Assembly (NCBI GenBank): GCA_021780735.1
Contig: JAJXYE010000240.1
Span: 1 to 58,219, forward strand
From: Pseudomonadota bacterium
GTDB taxonomy: Bacteria; Pseudomonadota; Gammaproteobacteria; Xanthomonadales; Rhodanobacteraceae
Direction: 5' to 3'
DNA length: 58,219 bases
The notes under the pieces were generated by a model. That model did not search any database, was not told the DNA's origin, and saw only the letters and a program-made list of their open reading frames with translations. A program made the position numbers and the translations under genes. Each line of letters starts with the position of its first letter. The first letter of the stretch is position 1. This document shows positions 19,430-29,859 of this stretch, piece after piece.

Positions 19430-21205
19430 TCAGTAACCGGCGGCCAGGCCCGCGGGACGGCGCCGATCGTTGGCACCCTCCAGCAAACCGGTCTCCGGGT
19501 TGACCAGGATCGCCTCATCCGCGCCCCACGACTTGACCGCCTTGAAGTGGTGGCCCATGCCCTCAAGCTTGCGCTGTGCCGCCGCCGTCAGCAAACCGGG
19601 CTCGACGAATACCTGATCGGGCAACCACTGCTCGTGCAGGCGCGGCGCATCCACCGCCTGCTGCATGTTCATGCCGAACTCGGCCACGTTGAGGAAGCTC
19701 TCCAGCGTGGTGGAGATGATGGTGGAGCCGCCCGGGCTGCCGGTGACCATGAACAGCTTGCCGTCGCGCAGCACGATCGTCGGCGACATCGAGCTCAGCG
19801 GACGCTTGCCCGGCTCGATCTGGTTGATCCTGCCTTGCACCAGGCCGAAGGAATTGGGCACACCGGGCTTGGAGGTGAAGTCATCCATCTCGTTGTTGAG
19901 GAAGAAGCCGGTATCACCGGCGATCTGACCGACGCCGAACAGGTAGTTGATGGTGTAGGTCACCGCAACGGCGTTGCCATGCTGGTCGACCACCGAGTAG
20001 TCCGTGGTGTTGGTGCCTTCGACCGGGCCCAGGCTGCCCTTGATCTCGGACGACGGGGTGGCCTTGTCCGGCTTGATGGTCGCGCGCATCGCGGCCACAT
20101 GCTGCGGCGACAGCAGTTTGTCTATCGGGTTCTTCACGAAGGCCGGATCACCGAGGTAGGTGTTGCGGTCGGCGAAGGCGCGGCGCTCGGCCTCGATCAT
20201 GGTGTGCACGCTGTTGACCGAGCCATAACCCCACTGGGCCAGCGGATACGGTTTGAGAATCTGCAGGATCTGGCAGATGGTGGTGCCGCCGGAGCTGGGC
20301 GGCGGATCGGAGACGATGGTGTAGCCGTGGTAGTCACAGCTGACCGGCTTGTCCCAGGTCACCGAGTAGTCGGCAAAATCCTTCATCGACAGGATGCCGC
20401 CCTGCGCCTGGCTGGCCGCCACCACCTTGCGCGCGATGCTGCCGCGATAGAAGGCGCGGGCGCCGCCCTTCTCGATCAGTTCCAGCGTGTGTGCCAGCTG
20501 CGGCTGGCGCAGGCGATCACCCACCACGTAAGGTTTGCCATGGTTGAGGAAGGTCGCCGCCACATTCGGGTACTTGGCGAAATCCTTGACCCGCTCGTTG
20601 AGGATGTTGATGTCACCCTGCTGCAGCACGAAACCGTCGCGGGCCAGTTTGATCGCCGGTGCGATGACCTGCTGCAGTGGCATGCTGCCGTACTTCTTCA
20701 GCGCGGCATCCATGCCCATCACGGTGCCGGGCACGCCGACCCCGAGATAGCTGCCGGTGCTCTTGCCCGGAATCACGTTGCCGCTGGCATCCTGATACAT
20801 GGTGGGAGTGGCTTTCAGAGGCGCCTTTTCGCGGAAGTCCAGGAACAGGTTCCTGCCATTGGCCAGGTGCACCACCATGAAGCCGCCACCGCCGATATTG
20901 CCGCAGCACGGATGCACCACGGCCAGCGCGTACCCCACGGCCACCGCGGCATCCACCGCATTGCCACCCTGCTTGAGGATGTCCACCCCGACCTGGCTGG
21001 CCAGGTGCTGCGCGGAAACCACCATGGCGTGCTTCGCGGTAACCGGCATCGCCTTGGCCAGCGCGGCCATCGTGGTGGGGGCGGCGGTGGCGTCGAGCGC
21101 CTGCCGGGGAATTTTGTGCCGGGCCGACGAAGACTGGGCTGCCCACGTCGCTGGCGTCGCGGCGAGGATGGCGATCGCCACCCATGCTGGGAATGCGTTG
21201 CGCAT
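19430..21205 (-). CDS. ggt: Gamma-glutamyltransferase
   Basis: GGNAVDAAVA, DFREKAP, catalytic TT, NNEMDDF, PLSSMSPT, GSPGG. Signal peptide from MRNAF (21205). Confidence 0.93.
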   Translation of the reverse strand: MRNAFPAWVAIAILAATPATWAAQSSSARHKIPRQALDATAAPTTMAALAKAMPVTAKHAMVVSAQHLASQVGVDILKQGGNAVDAAVAVGYALAVVHPCCGNIGGGGFMVVHLANGRNLFLDFREKAPLKATPTMYQDASGNVIPGKSTGSYLGVGVPGTVMGMDAALKKYGSMPLQQVIAPAIKLARDGFVLQQGDINILNERVKDFAKYPNVAATFLNHGKPYVVGDRLRQPQLAHTLELIEKGGARAFYRGSIARKVVAASQAQGGILSMKDFADYSVTWDKPVSCDYHGYTIVSDPPPSSGGTTICQILQILKPYPLAQWGYGSVNSVHTMIEAERRAFADRNTYLGDPAFVKNPIDKLLSPQHVAAMRATIKPDKATPSSEIKGSLGPVEGTNTTDYSVVDQHGNAVAVTYTINYLFGVGQIAGDTGFFLNNEMDDFTSKPGVPNSFGLVQGRINQIEPGKRPLSSMSPTIVLRDGKLFMVTGSPGGSTIISTTLESFLNVAEFGMNMQQAVDAPRLHEQWLPDQVFVEPGLLTAAAQRKLEGMGHHFKAVKSWGADEAILVNPETGLLEGANDRRRPAGLAAGY

Positions 21206-21605
21206 GCTGGTCACTCTGCAAATGCGGGTGATGGAAAGGCGGGTCGGAACGCGAAGTTCGCTGCCGAGGTGGCAATTGTGCCGGAGTAGCACGCGTCACT
21301 GAAGGCGAACGGCAATAATCCGGTGTGCGGCAGGACACCGTGGCACTGCCTGGAGCTGCTGCTCTTCTCCACATTGACGCGGTAGCAACTTGCCCAGCGC
21401 ACATCCACATCGGTGCCAGGTTCCACCGCACACCCTTTCCCATTTCTGCAAGAATACGCCCTGCTCTGGCCGGGACTCCTGGCGCTGCACGACGACTGCC
21501 GCGAGGATTTCGACGCAGCGCATCAGGTCACCGTCTGACACGTTGCCATCTGAACCGTGACGTTATTCATCAAGCGCCATCAAACCAGACCAAGGATCCG
21601 CACCC

Positions 21606-22505
21606 ATGCGTCAGCCGTTGAACCTGTCAGGCCCTTCCCTGCGCCTGATCATTCCCGCCATCGTGCTTGTGGTGCTGCTGTCCGGCTCGTTCTTCGTGGT
21701 GCCGCCGAACCAGATGGCGGCGATTCGCTGGATGGGTGGTACTGTCACGACCGCGCAGCCGCTGGGCACCGGCGTTCACTTCAAGGTGCCGCTGTTGGAG
21801 CAGGTCGACTATCTGCAGACCTCGCAGTCGACTTATCAGTTGCCCGAGCTGTCGGTGTACACCAACGACAACCAGGCCGTGGCCATTTCCATTTCGGTGA
21901 TTTACCAGGTGCCCGCCTCCGCCGTGCTGCACTTGCTGTATGACGTCGGCCGTGCGGGCAACACCGATATTGACGCCACCATCGTGCCGGTCGTGCGCGA
22001 TCGCGCGCTGGCGGTTTTCGCCAAATACAACACCTTGAACATCTCGGACTCGCGGGCGCAGATCACCGAGCAGATGAAAAAGGAAATCGCCGAGGCGCTC
22101 GGGCGCCTGTTCGGCATCAACGTGGTCGATGTGCAGCTCACGTCGATCAAGTATTCACCGGTGTTTTCCGAGTCGGTGGAGAACGCGGTCAAGGCCAAGG
22201 CGCAGGCGGTGCAGGCGGAAAACACCGTGCTGCAACGCAAATACGAAGGCCAGCAGAAGACCGTTACCGCGCAGGCCGAGGCGCAGGCCAAGATCGAGCA
22301 GGCCAAGGGCATCGCCGAGTCCAACGTGCTGGAGGCGACCGCCCAGGCCAAGGCCATCCAGATGGTCGGCCAGGCCCTGCAGGCCAATCCGCAGTACACC
22401 CGCTTCTACGCCACCCAGCACTGGAACGGCATCCTGCCGCAATACGTCGGTGGCAGCGGCGCCGTACCGTTCGTGGACATCGGCGGCAAGGGTGCCAGGC
22501 AATAA
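21606..22505 (+). CDS. SPFH/Band-7/prohibitin family membrane protein
   Basis: N-terminal TM, GVHFKVP, Ala/Glu/Gln coiled coil, WNGILP. Confidence 0.88.
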   Translation: MRQPLNLSGPSLRLIIPAIVLVVLLSGSFFVVPPNQMAAIRWMGGTVTTAQPLGTGVHFKVPLLEQVDYLQTSQSTYQLPELSVYTNDNQAVAISISVIYQVPASAVLHLLYDVGRAGNTDIDATIVPVVRDRALAVFAKYNTLNISDSRAQITEQMKKEIAEALGRLFGINVVDVQLTSIKYSPVFSESVENAVKAKAQAVQAENTVLQRKYEGQQKTVTAQAEAQAKIEQAKGIAESNVLEATAQAKAIQMVGQALQANPQYTRFYATQHWNGILPQYVGGSGAVPFVDIGGKGARQ

Positions 22506-22647
22506 CCCGGGCTGCCGTCGCCGGACTCGCCGCGCCTTGCCTGACGGGCGCGGCCTTGGCGAAGTGAGGACGCAAGGCTCGATGCCACCGGCAATTCCGC
22601 AGGCGTCGGAGGCGCCGCTGTGCTGACTCGGCGCCGCGCCGTGTCAT

Positions 22648-24240
22648 TCAGCCCTCCGTCGCCGCCGTCCGCTTCACCGCCATCGGCTGGCGTTGTGCAT
22701 GTTCCCGGCACAACTGCTCGACCAGGGCACGATGATCCGGCAAGTCGTTCAGTGCATGGCCGGCCACCTGCCGGATCATCGAAAATTCGCGGCGTGCGGA
22801 GTCCATCTGCGGATAGGCGCTGCGCATGGGTTGCAGATCGGTCTTGAACTCCATGCCGTAGAGCACGTACTGCCAACTGGCCGGCATGAACATTTCCAGG
22901 TCGGTGACGAAGTCCAGCCGATGTGGCGGCCTGTGCCGCCACAGCGCCAGCCGTTCCTGCAGGGTTGCGGGAATGCTCGCCGGATCCGTATTGTCGACCC
23001 AGAAAGCCGAGTCGCGCCGCTGTGACAGGCAGTAGTGCATCTTGATGAAGTCGATGATGCGCTCGTAGCGCGCCACCATCATTTCATTGAACTTCCGGGC
23101 CGTGCCTTCCATCTCGTCGTGATCGCCAGGCATGAGGTGGGTGAGCATATAGGCGGCCAGTTCGATCAACGCGATGCCGGTCGATTCCAGCGGTTCGACG
23201 AAACCGCCGGCCAGTCCGATCGCGACGCAGTTCTTGCGCCAGTGCTCCGGTCGGTAGCCCGTCTCGAACTTCAGCTGGAGGGCCTGCAATCCGTTGGCGG
23301 CCGGACCGACATAGCGCCGCACCACCTCTTCCGCCCGCGCCTCGTCGCTGTGCCTGGACGAGTACACGTAACCGATGCCCCGCCGCTGCTGAAGTCCGAT
23401 ATCCCAGATCCAGCCGGCTTCCTGCGCGGTGGATCGGGTGAATGGCAGGATCGGCGAGTCCGCCTGAGGATAGGGCACCTGCAGGGCAACGGCGCGGTCG
23501 GCGAACAACACATCGCGCCGGCTGCGGAACGGCGACTGCATGGCGTTGCCGATCAGGCTGCCGCGCAGGCCGGTGCAGTCCACGTAGAGGTCGGCCGACA
23601 GCGCGCCAAGCTCGGTGGTGACGATACGCTCGATCGCACCGTGCTCGTCCAGTTCGGCGCGCTCGACCGTGGCCAGGTGGCGTTTCACGCCGAGGCTCTG
23701 ACCATGTTCGGCCAGGGTTGCCGCGAAGCAGGCGGCATCGAAGTGATAGGCATGATTCAGCGGCCCCTGGTAATCGGGATCGGTGGCACGCTTGGGTGCC
23801 CGCCCGTGATCGATGACGTGCGTCTGCATCGTTACCGCCTCGGCAAACGAGACGCCCTCGGGGGCGCCGCCGAGCAGCCAGTAAGGCAGCAATTCGGGGC
23901 TGCCGCCGCGCTGACTGGGCGTGCTGAACGGGTGGAAGAAGCGATCCGCTCCCGGCGCCCCCGGCGGCCGCACCCAGTTGACGTACTGGATGCCCTGTTT
24001 GTAGGTCGCGGTTGCGCCGACCAGGAATCGCCGTTCGTCCAGGCCGATGGCCGCCAGGGTGCCACGGATCGATGGAAAGGTGGCTTCGCCGACACCGAGC
24101 AGGCCGATGTTGGCCGACTCGACCAGTTCAACCTGGATGCTTTCCGCGGCGGCGCTGTTCAAGGTTCTGGCCAGATAGCATGCCGTCAGCCAGCCGGCGG
24201 TGCCACCGCCCACGATCAGAATCTTCTTTATGCGTGACAT
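22648..24240 (-). CDS. Flavin-dependent halogenase (tryptophan halogenase family) 3
   Basis: GGGTAG, GVGEAT, TYKQGI, WIWDIG, FVEPLESTG. Confidence 0.92.
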   Translation of the reverse strand: MSRIKKILIVGGGTAGWLTACYLARTLNSAAAESIQVELVESANIGLLGVGEATFPSIRGTLAAIGLDERRFLVGATATYKQGIQYVNWVRPPGAPGADRFFHPFSTPSQRGGSPELLPYWLLGGAPEGVSFAEAVTMQTHVIDHGRAPKRATDPDYQGPLNHAYHFDAACFAATLAEHGQSLGVKRHLATVERAELDEHGAIERIVTTELGALSADLYVDCTGLRGSLIGNAMQSPFRSRRDVLFADRAVALQVPYPQADSPILPFTRSTAQEAGWIWDIGLQQRRGIGYVYSSRHSDEARAEEVVRRYVGPAANGLQALQLKFETGYRPEHWRKNCVAIGLAGGFVEPLESTGIALIELAAYMLTHLMPGDHDEMEGTARKFNEMMVARYERIIDFIKMHYCLSQRRDSAFWVDNTDPASIPATLQERLALWRHRPPHRLDFVTDLEMFMPASWQYVLYGMEFKTDLQPMRSAYPQMDSARREFSMIRQVAGHALNDLPDHRALVEQLCREHAQRQPMAVKRTAATEG

Positions 24241-24307
24241 CTCGCCCTCTCATGGCTTGTTGCTCCGCAGCAAGCTTATCGCGGAAATTCGCAGTAGGAT
24301 CGGCCAA

Positions 24308-24343
24308 TGACAGCGCTGTCATGAAAGTATGACAGCGCTATCA
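24308..24343. promoter_or_regulatory. Tandem LacI-type operator B (two copies)
   Basis: TGACAGCGCTGTCA (24308-24321, perfect palindrome) and TGACAGCGCTATCA (24330-24343) between divergent halogenase 3 and receptor 2. Confidence 0.82.
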
Positions 24344-24389
24344 TCGACAGACTAATGCATGATCACGACGAATTGGGGAGAGGGTGAAA

Positions 24390-26813
24390 ATGAAACTACG
24401 TTACTCCGCACTGTACATGGCCATGACTGCCGTACTGGCCTCGGGCGCTGTTCACGCAACGGGGCAAGATGCAGATTCGGCGCCGAAGAATGCCCACGCT
24501 GGCGACAAGGTCAAGACCCTGGCGACCATCCAGGTCACCGCAACCAAGCGCGAGACGCCGCTGCAGAAAACCGGCATCGCGATTACCGCGATCGGCGGCG
24601 ACACGCTCGACAAGGAACGCGTCATGACCGTGCAGGACATCACCAAACTGGTGCCTGGCCTGCAGGGCACGTCCGAAGGTGATCATGGCGTCGTCACCCT
24701 CACCTTGCGCGGCATCGGCAACGACAGTGCCAAGACCGAGTATGCCGACCCCGAAGTTGCCACCTTCGTCGACGGCGTGTACGCCCCCCGCGCCGAAGCA
24801 GCCTCCAGCCTGCTGCTTGACATGGATAGCGTGGAAGTACTGCGTGGCCCGCAGGGCACGCTGTGGGGTCGAAATTCCACCGCGGGTGCGATCAGCTTCA
24901 CCACCATGAAGCCGGACATCAATGGCGGTTTCAACGGCAGTGGCACGATCGAGGCCGGCAACTACAACCAGAGTGGCGTGCGAGCAGCAGTGAACCTGCC
25001 AATCAGCAGCACTTTCGCCATGCGAGTTGCCGCCGCGCACGAGCAGCACGATGGCTACGTCAACTATCAGAATCCGATAGGCCAGATTCCGTCGGTGGCG
25101 CAGCAGCAGGCGAACTATCTCGCCTCCGGCGGCACCCTGGCGACCTTCCAGCCGATCGATACGAACCTGTTCGTGCAGCGGGGCAAGAAATACGACGCGC
25201 AGGATCAGACCGCCTACCGCGTGAGTGCGCGCTGGAAGCCCAGCGACAACTTCCTCTGGGATCTGTCGTACGAGGATTTCCAGGATCGCGGCACGCCCAG
25301 CATGAACCTGATGCAGCACCCGCGCCCGGGCCAGGACTTCTGGTCGGCTTTGATCGACACCGCGCCCTACCTGGATCGCAACTCCAGGTCGGTGCGCAGC
25401 CGCATGGACTGGACCATCAACGACGACATGGAGTTGACCTACACCGCCGGCTACAACCGCTACTCGGGCAAAAGCGACTTCGACCAGGATGGCGGCGTGA
25501 ATGTGCCGACCAGCTTCACCACCGGCGGCTCGCACCAGGAAGACCGCACCAACTTCTCCAACTACGTCAGCTCCAGCCACGAGTTCGATCTGAAATCCAC
25601 CGGCCAGAAGACCGTAGACTGGATTCTCGGCGCCTACTACGAGCATGAAAACAACAACATCCGCTTCGATATCCCGATCATGAACGGCACCCAGCAGGGC
25701 ACGGTGGGTTGGCAGGGTTCGTTCATCCAGCCGGAGGAGCTGGTGACCTCGACCGCTGCGTTCGGTCAGGCAACCTGGCACATGAGTGACAGCTGGCGCC
25801 TTACCGGTGGCGCACGCTGGTCGCACGACAAGCGCCAGAACAGGGGCGGCATCAACTGGGGCTGGGGCTACGATCCGACCTACCCGCAGGTACCGATTTC
25901 CCCCGGCGAGCAGCCAGGCGACGCTGGTTTCACCATCAGCCAGCGCAACGATGCGACGTACAGCAAGAGCAAGCCGACCTGGCTGATCCGGCTGGATCAC
26001 GACCTCGGCGCGGATGGCCTGATGTATGCCAGCGTCTCCACCGGCTACAAGTCAGGCGGCACCCAGGACGGAGGCGCGCTGTACAAGCCGGAGACGCTGA
26101 CCAACTACGAAGTCGGCGCGAAATTCTCGTTTCTGGACGGTCATCTGACCTGGAACAGCGCGGCCTACTACGAGGTCTTCAAGAACTACCAGCTGTCGGC
26201 ACCGATCACCTATTCGAACGGGAACCACGGCCTCGGCTTCGTCAACGTGGGTGGCGAGACCAAGGTCGCAGGCTTTGAATCGGAGTTCGCCTACCAGCAG
26301 GCCAACGATCGCGCCAACCTGATCCTGTCGGTGATCCCCAAGAAGAAGCTCGGCACCGAGAAGTACGCCGGCAGCAACGACTACTACATCGCCACACCCT
26401 GCCCGGCCGGCGCTCCGCTGGGTGTCAGCAACTGCGCGGATATCTCGGGCAACGACCTGCCGCATGCACCGAACCTGTCGCTCACCGCGATCTACGAACA
26501 TGACTTCGTGCTGGGCAATGGCGGCCGCCTGACCCCGCGCCTGAGCGCCCAGTACCAGAGCGCGCAGTGGTTGAGCTGGTTCAACTTCGGTGCCGGCGAC
26601 CAGCAGAAGGCCTATGCCCGCGGCGACCTGTCGTTGCGCTACACCGAGCCAAACGACAAGTGGTACGTGAACGCCTACGTGCAGAACGTGACCAACGACA
26701 AGATCAAGAGCAGTGCCGCGGGCAGTACCTTGCTGGCCAATGGCAGCGTGGTATTCACCTCCCAGTACCTGCCGCCACGCACCTACGGCGTGCAGTTCGG
26801 ATTCTGGTTCTAG
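24390..26813 (+). CDS. TonB-dependent receptor 2, probably beta-glucan oligosaccharide uptake
   Basis: Signal peptide, IQVTATKRE, EVLRGPQGTLWGRNSTAG, terminal FGFWF. Substrate inferred from GH3/LacI context. Confidence 0.93.
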   Translation: MKLRYSALYMAMTAVLASGAVHATGQDADSAPKNAHAGDKVKTLATIQVTATKRETPLQKTGIAITAIGGDTLDKERVMTVQDITKLVPGLQGTSEGDHGVVTLTLRGIGNDSAKTEYADPEVATFVDGVYAPRAEAASSLLLDMDSVEVLRGPQGTLWGRNSTAGAISFTTMKPDINGGFNGSGTIEAGNYNQSGVRAAVNLPISSTFAMRVAAAHEQHDGYVNYQNPIGQIPSVAQQQANYLASGGTLATFQPIDTNLFVQRGKKYDAQDQTAYRVSARWKPSDNFLWDLSYEDFQDRGTPSMNLMQHPRPGQDFWSALIDTAPYLDRNSRSVRSRMDWTINDDMELTYTAGYNRYSGKSDFDQDGGVNVPTSFTTGGSHQEDRTNFSNYVSSSHEFDLKSTGQKTVDWILGAYYEHENNNIRFDIPIMNGTQQGTVGWQGSFIQPEELVTSTAAFGQATWHMSDSWRLTGGARWSHDKRQNRGGINWGWGYDPTYPQVPISPGEQPGDAGFTISQRNDATYSKSKPTWLIRLDHDLGADGLMYASVSTGYKSGGTQDGGALYKPETLTNYEVGAKFSFLDGHLTWNSAAYYEVFKNYQLSAPITYSNGNHGLGFVNVGGETKVAGFESEFAYQQANDRANLILSVIPKKKLGTEKYAGSNDYYIATPCPAGAPLGVSNCADISGNDLPHAPNLSLTAIYEHDFVLGNGGRLTPRLSAQYQSAQWLSWFNFGAGDQQKAYARGDLSLRYTEPNDKWYVNAYVQNVTNDKIKSSAAGSTLLANGSVVFTSQYLPPRTYGVQFGFWF

Positions 26814-26864
26814 CCTTCCGTGCAAGTTCCTCCCGGCGATTGATTGACCCCTCCTGTCGCCACT

Positions 26865-26893
26865 GGATGCCCCGTACTGGGGCATCCTTTTTT
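26865..26893 (+). terminator. Intrinsic terminator after receptor 2
   Basis: GGATGCCCC-gtact-GGGGCATCC followed by TTTTTT. Confidence 0.85.
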
Positions 26894-27171
26894 GTGCCGT
26901 CGGACCTGAAGCGGGCAGCGTGATGCGACACGCGCCCAAGGCAGGGCGCGGCAGCTTGCGGCCAGCGTCATTCGCCACAGGCAAGCCATGGCCTGAGTCT
27001 TCAGGGTATACGGAGCTCTTCGGATCATGACCGGAACTGGCAGACACCGCCTGCGATGCTCTGCGCACGAGAAATCCCTGCGCCAGCAAGTGCTGCCACA
27101 GCAACAGGTGGACATCGAGTCATCGGCACGCGGCCCCGGACGGGGCCGAACTGCGCGGAATCGGAAATCAG

Positions 27172-29739
27172 CTAATGCTGCTGGCAGTCCACGGTCGTGT
27201 CCGCCACCGTGCCCAGCGCCACATCGGCAAGGGCGATTTGCTCACCAGCGGCGCTGCTCCAGCGAAAGGGGGTGTCCAGTTTGCTCATGTCGGCGCCCGC
27301 TGCGCGAAAGCATTTCAATGGAATGCCCAGGCGCAGCCACTTGCCGCGTGGCAGCGTGGCGAGCGCCTTGCCGATTGGCACGCTGGCACGACAGCCGCTA
27401 CCGCAGGACACCCCAAGCGTGGTGCCCTTGGGTGACAGCGCCGTGACGCGCATGGTGGTTACCAGCAGCACGTCGCCGTTGGTCTGGCGATCCAGATCCA
27501 CCGGAGCAGCCGCAGTCAGCGCAACGCTTGCTTCGCCTGCACTGAACCAGCGCAAGCTGCGGGCGTCCTCCTGCGCCTTGTAGTCGAGGGCGCTCACCGT
27601 CAGGCTGCCGTCCGCCGTGGACACCGGCGTGGCGGTCACGTGCGTCGACTTGCCGTTGGCTGCCGTGATGTCGAGGGTGAAATCCGGTGCCGGTTTGCCG
27701 TGAGAAAAGTAGACGCCGGCGCGAGTCGCTTCCAGCTTCATGCCCGCCACTTCGGGCAACCGACCGACCTTGGCCGGGTGTGCGTAGCTCAGCCCATAGC
27801 CATAAGGAAATTGCGGGTGGTAGTCAGGCTGACCGACGTTGAGTCTGGTCTGCACCGCGGTGCGCGGCCACGAAAAGCTCAGCTTGCCGTGGAAGTCGTG
27901 CGCAATCTGGCCGTCGCGCGTACGCAGCAGGACGTCGGCGATACCTTCGCCTTCGCTGCCTGGCAACCAGGCCACCACGAAAGCATTGGCGGCATTGATC
28001 TCCCGATTCACCCACAACGGGCGCCCGGTAATGAACACCGCCACGACCGGCACACCCTGTTTGCGCAGGCGGCGCAGCAGGTCGAGGTCATGATCGTCGC
28101 CCGGCCGATAAGCCAGATTGGGCAGGTCGCCCTGAAACTCCGCGTAGGGATTTTCACCGAATACCACGATGGCCGCATCGGGCTTTTGCTTGTAGCTGCC
28201 ATCCACCGACAGCACGGGGGTGCCGCCGGCCGCCTTCACCTGCGCCTCGATACCAGCCCAGATCGAAGTGGCGCCGGGGAAGTTCGCGTTGGTCAGCCCG
28301 GTACCCTGCCAGGTCAGCGTCCATCCGCCATTCTGCTTGGAGATGTTGTCGGCGCCATCGCCAGCGACCAGGATCCGCTTGCGCGGATCGAGCGGCAGCA
28401 GGCCATTCTGGTTTTTCAGCAGCACCAGCGACTCTCGCACCGCGCGCCGTGCCAACGCGCGATGCGCCGGATTGCCGATCACGGACGCAGAGTCGACCGC
28501 CAGCGGGTTGGCGCTCGGCAACCCCGGCTTGAACATGCCCAGACGCATCTTCACGCGCAAGATCCGGGTCACTGCATCGTTGACGCGGCTCATCGGGATC
28601 ACCCCCGACTTCACCTCGGCCAGGGTATGCACGTACAGCCCCTTCCATGAATCCGGCGCCTCCAGCATGTCCAGGCCGGCGTTGTATGCCGCGGCGCAGT
28701 CCTCGTTGGTGCAGCCTGGCACCTGGCCGTGCGCGTTCCAGTCACCCAGCACCATTCCGTCAAAGCCCATGCGGTCCTTCAACACATCCGTGATCAGGCC
28801 CTTGTTGCCGGCCATCTTGACTCCGTTCCAACTGGAGAACGACACCATCACCACCTGCACACCTGCCTTGATCGCCGGTGGGTAGCCCGCCGCGTGCACG
28901 TCGCGCAACACGGTCTCGCTGACTTCGGTGTCGCCCTGATCCCGGCCATCACGGGTGCCGCCATCACCGACGAAGTGCTTGGCGGTGGCAATCACATGAC
29001 GGGCATCGAGGAACTGCGGCGTGTTTACCCTGCCCTCCAGGCCCGCGACGATCTGGCTGGCATATTCCGCCACCAGCTTCGGGTTCTCCGAGTAGCCCTC
29101 GTAGGAACGACCCCAGCGTCTGTCCTGCGGCACGGTGAGCGTGGGCGCGAACGTCCAGTTGATGCCGCTGGCTCGCAACTCCTGTGCCGTGACGGCACCG
29201 ATTTCCCTGATCAGCTGCGGATCGCGGGTGGCGCCCAGACCCACGTTTTGCGGGAACAGCGTGCTGCCGACCAAGTTGTTGTGGCCATGCACGGCATCGA
29301 TACCGAACAGCACCGGGATGACCGGTGTGCCCGGAGGCCGGTCGATCGAGGCGCGATAGAAAGCGTCGGACAGCTTTTTCCACTGCGCGGCGGTGCCGTA
29401 CTGGCCACCATCCGGCCCGGAATTGCCACCGGCCAGGATCGAGCCCAACTGGTACTTGTGCACATCCGCGGGAGTCACATACTTGATGTCGGCCTGGATC
29501 ATCTGGCCCACCTTCTGCTCCACCGACATGCGCCCCAGCAACGCCTTCACCCTGGCCTCCAGCGCGGGATCGTGCGCCAGGGGCGAGCTCAGCCTGGGCC
29601 ACAGTTGCGGATGCACGGTGGCAGCGCTGTTGTCCGCCGTTGGCATCGCCGAAGCCGTCGGAACGCTCAGCGCAACAGCCACCGAGAGGATCAGAGAGAG
29701 TTGCTTCAGACCCCGGGTCTGGGCAGTGGACAGTGGCAC
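27172..29739 (-). CDS. Periplasmic GH3 beta-glucosidase / exo-1,3/1,4-beta-glucanase with C-terminal accessory domain
   Basis: DAVHGH, WGRSYE, AKHFVGDG, nucleophile LGDW, GENPYAE. GTG start at 29739 after a GGAG RBS. Confidence 0.92.
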   Translation of the reverse strand: MPLSTAQTRGLKQLSLILSVAVALSVPTASAMPTADNSAATVHPQLWPRLSSPLAHDPALEARVKALLGRMSVEQKVGQMIQADIKYVTPADVHKYQLGSILAGGNSGPDGGQYGTAAQWKKLSDAFYRASIDRPPGTPVIPVLFGIDAVHGHNNLVGSTLFPQNVGLGATRDPQLIREIGAVTAQELRASGINWTFAPTLTVPQDRRWGRSYEGYSENPKLVAEYASQIVAGLEGRVNTPQFLDARHVIATAKHFVGDGGTRDGRDQGDTEVSETVLRDVHAAGYPPAIKAGVQVVMVSFSSWNGVKMAGNKGLITDVLKDRMGFDGMVLGDWNAHGQVPGCTNEDCAAAYNAGLDMLEAPDSWKGLYVHTLAEVKSGVIPMSRVNDAVTRILRVKMRLGMFKPGLPSANPLAVDSASVIGNPAHRALARRAVRESLVLLKNQNGLLPLDPRKRILVAGDGADNISKQNGGWTLTWQGTGLTNANFPGATSIWAGIEAQVKAAGGTPVLSVDGSYKQKPDAAIVVFGENPYAEFQGDLPNLAYRPGDDHDLDLLRRLRKQGVPVVAVFITGRPLWVNREINAANAFVVAWLPGSEGEGIADVLLRTRDGQIAHDFHGKLSFSWPRTAVQTRLNVGQPDYHPQFPYGYGLSYAHPAKVGRLPEVAGMKLEATRAGVYFSHGKPAPDFTLDITAANGKSTHVTATPVSTADGSLTVSALDYKAQEDARSLRWFSAGEASVALTAAAPVDLDRQTNGDVLLVTTMRVTALSPKGTTLGVSCGSGCRASVPIGKALATLPRGKWLRLGIPLKCFRAAGADMSKLDTPFRWSSAAGEQIALADVALGTVADTTVDCQQH

Positions 29740-29795
29740 GTGATCACTCCAGGCTGATGCGCAGGCAATGCGCGGAAGTCGCAGAGTGACACAAA

Positions 29796-29809
29796 TGACA
29801 GCGCTGTCA
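29796..29809. promoter_or_regulatory. LacI-type operator B
   Basis: Perfect TGACAGCGCTGTCA upstream of the GH3 gene. Confidence 0.82.
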
Positions 29810-29859
29810 ATTTGCAAAGCAACATTGACCGGCAAGGTGCACGGGACACCGCCGTGCCC

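Noticed and set aside
19250-21289. Long antisense ORFs (679 aa here; also 37664-40408, 16875-19118, 4082-5881 and others)
   Set aside because: Shadow frames of real high-GC genes on the opposite strand, with no protein motifs.
21536-21570. TGACACGTTGCCA and TGACGTTATTCA upstream of the SPFH gene as operators
   Set aside because: They match neither motif without gaps and occur only once.
26894-27171. Possible sRNA or small gene between receptor 2 and GH3
   Set aside because: No recognisable structure, promoter or credible ORF.
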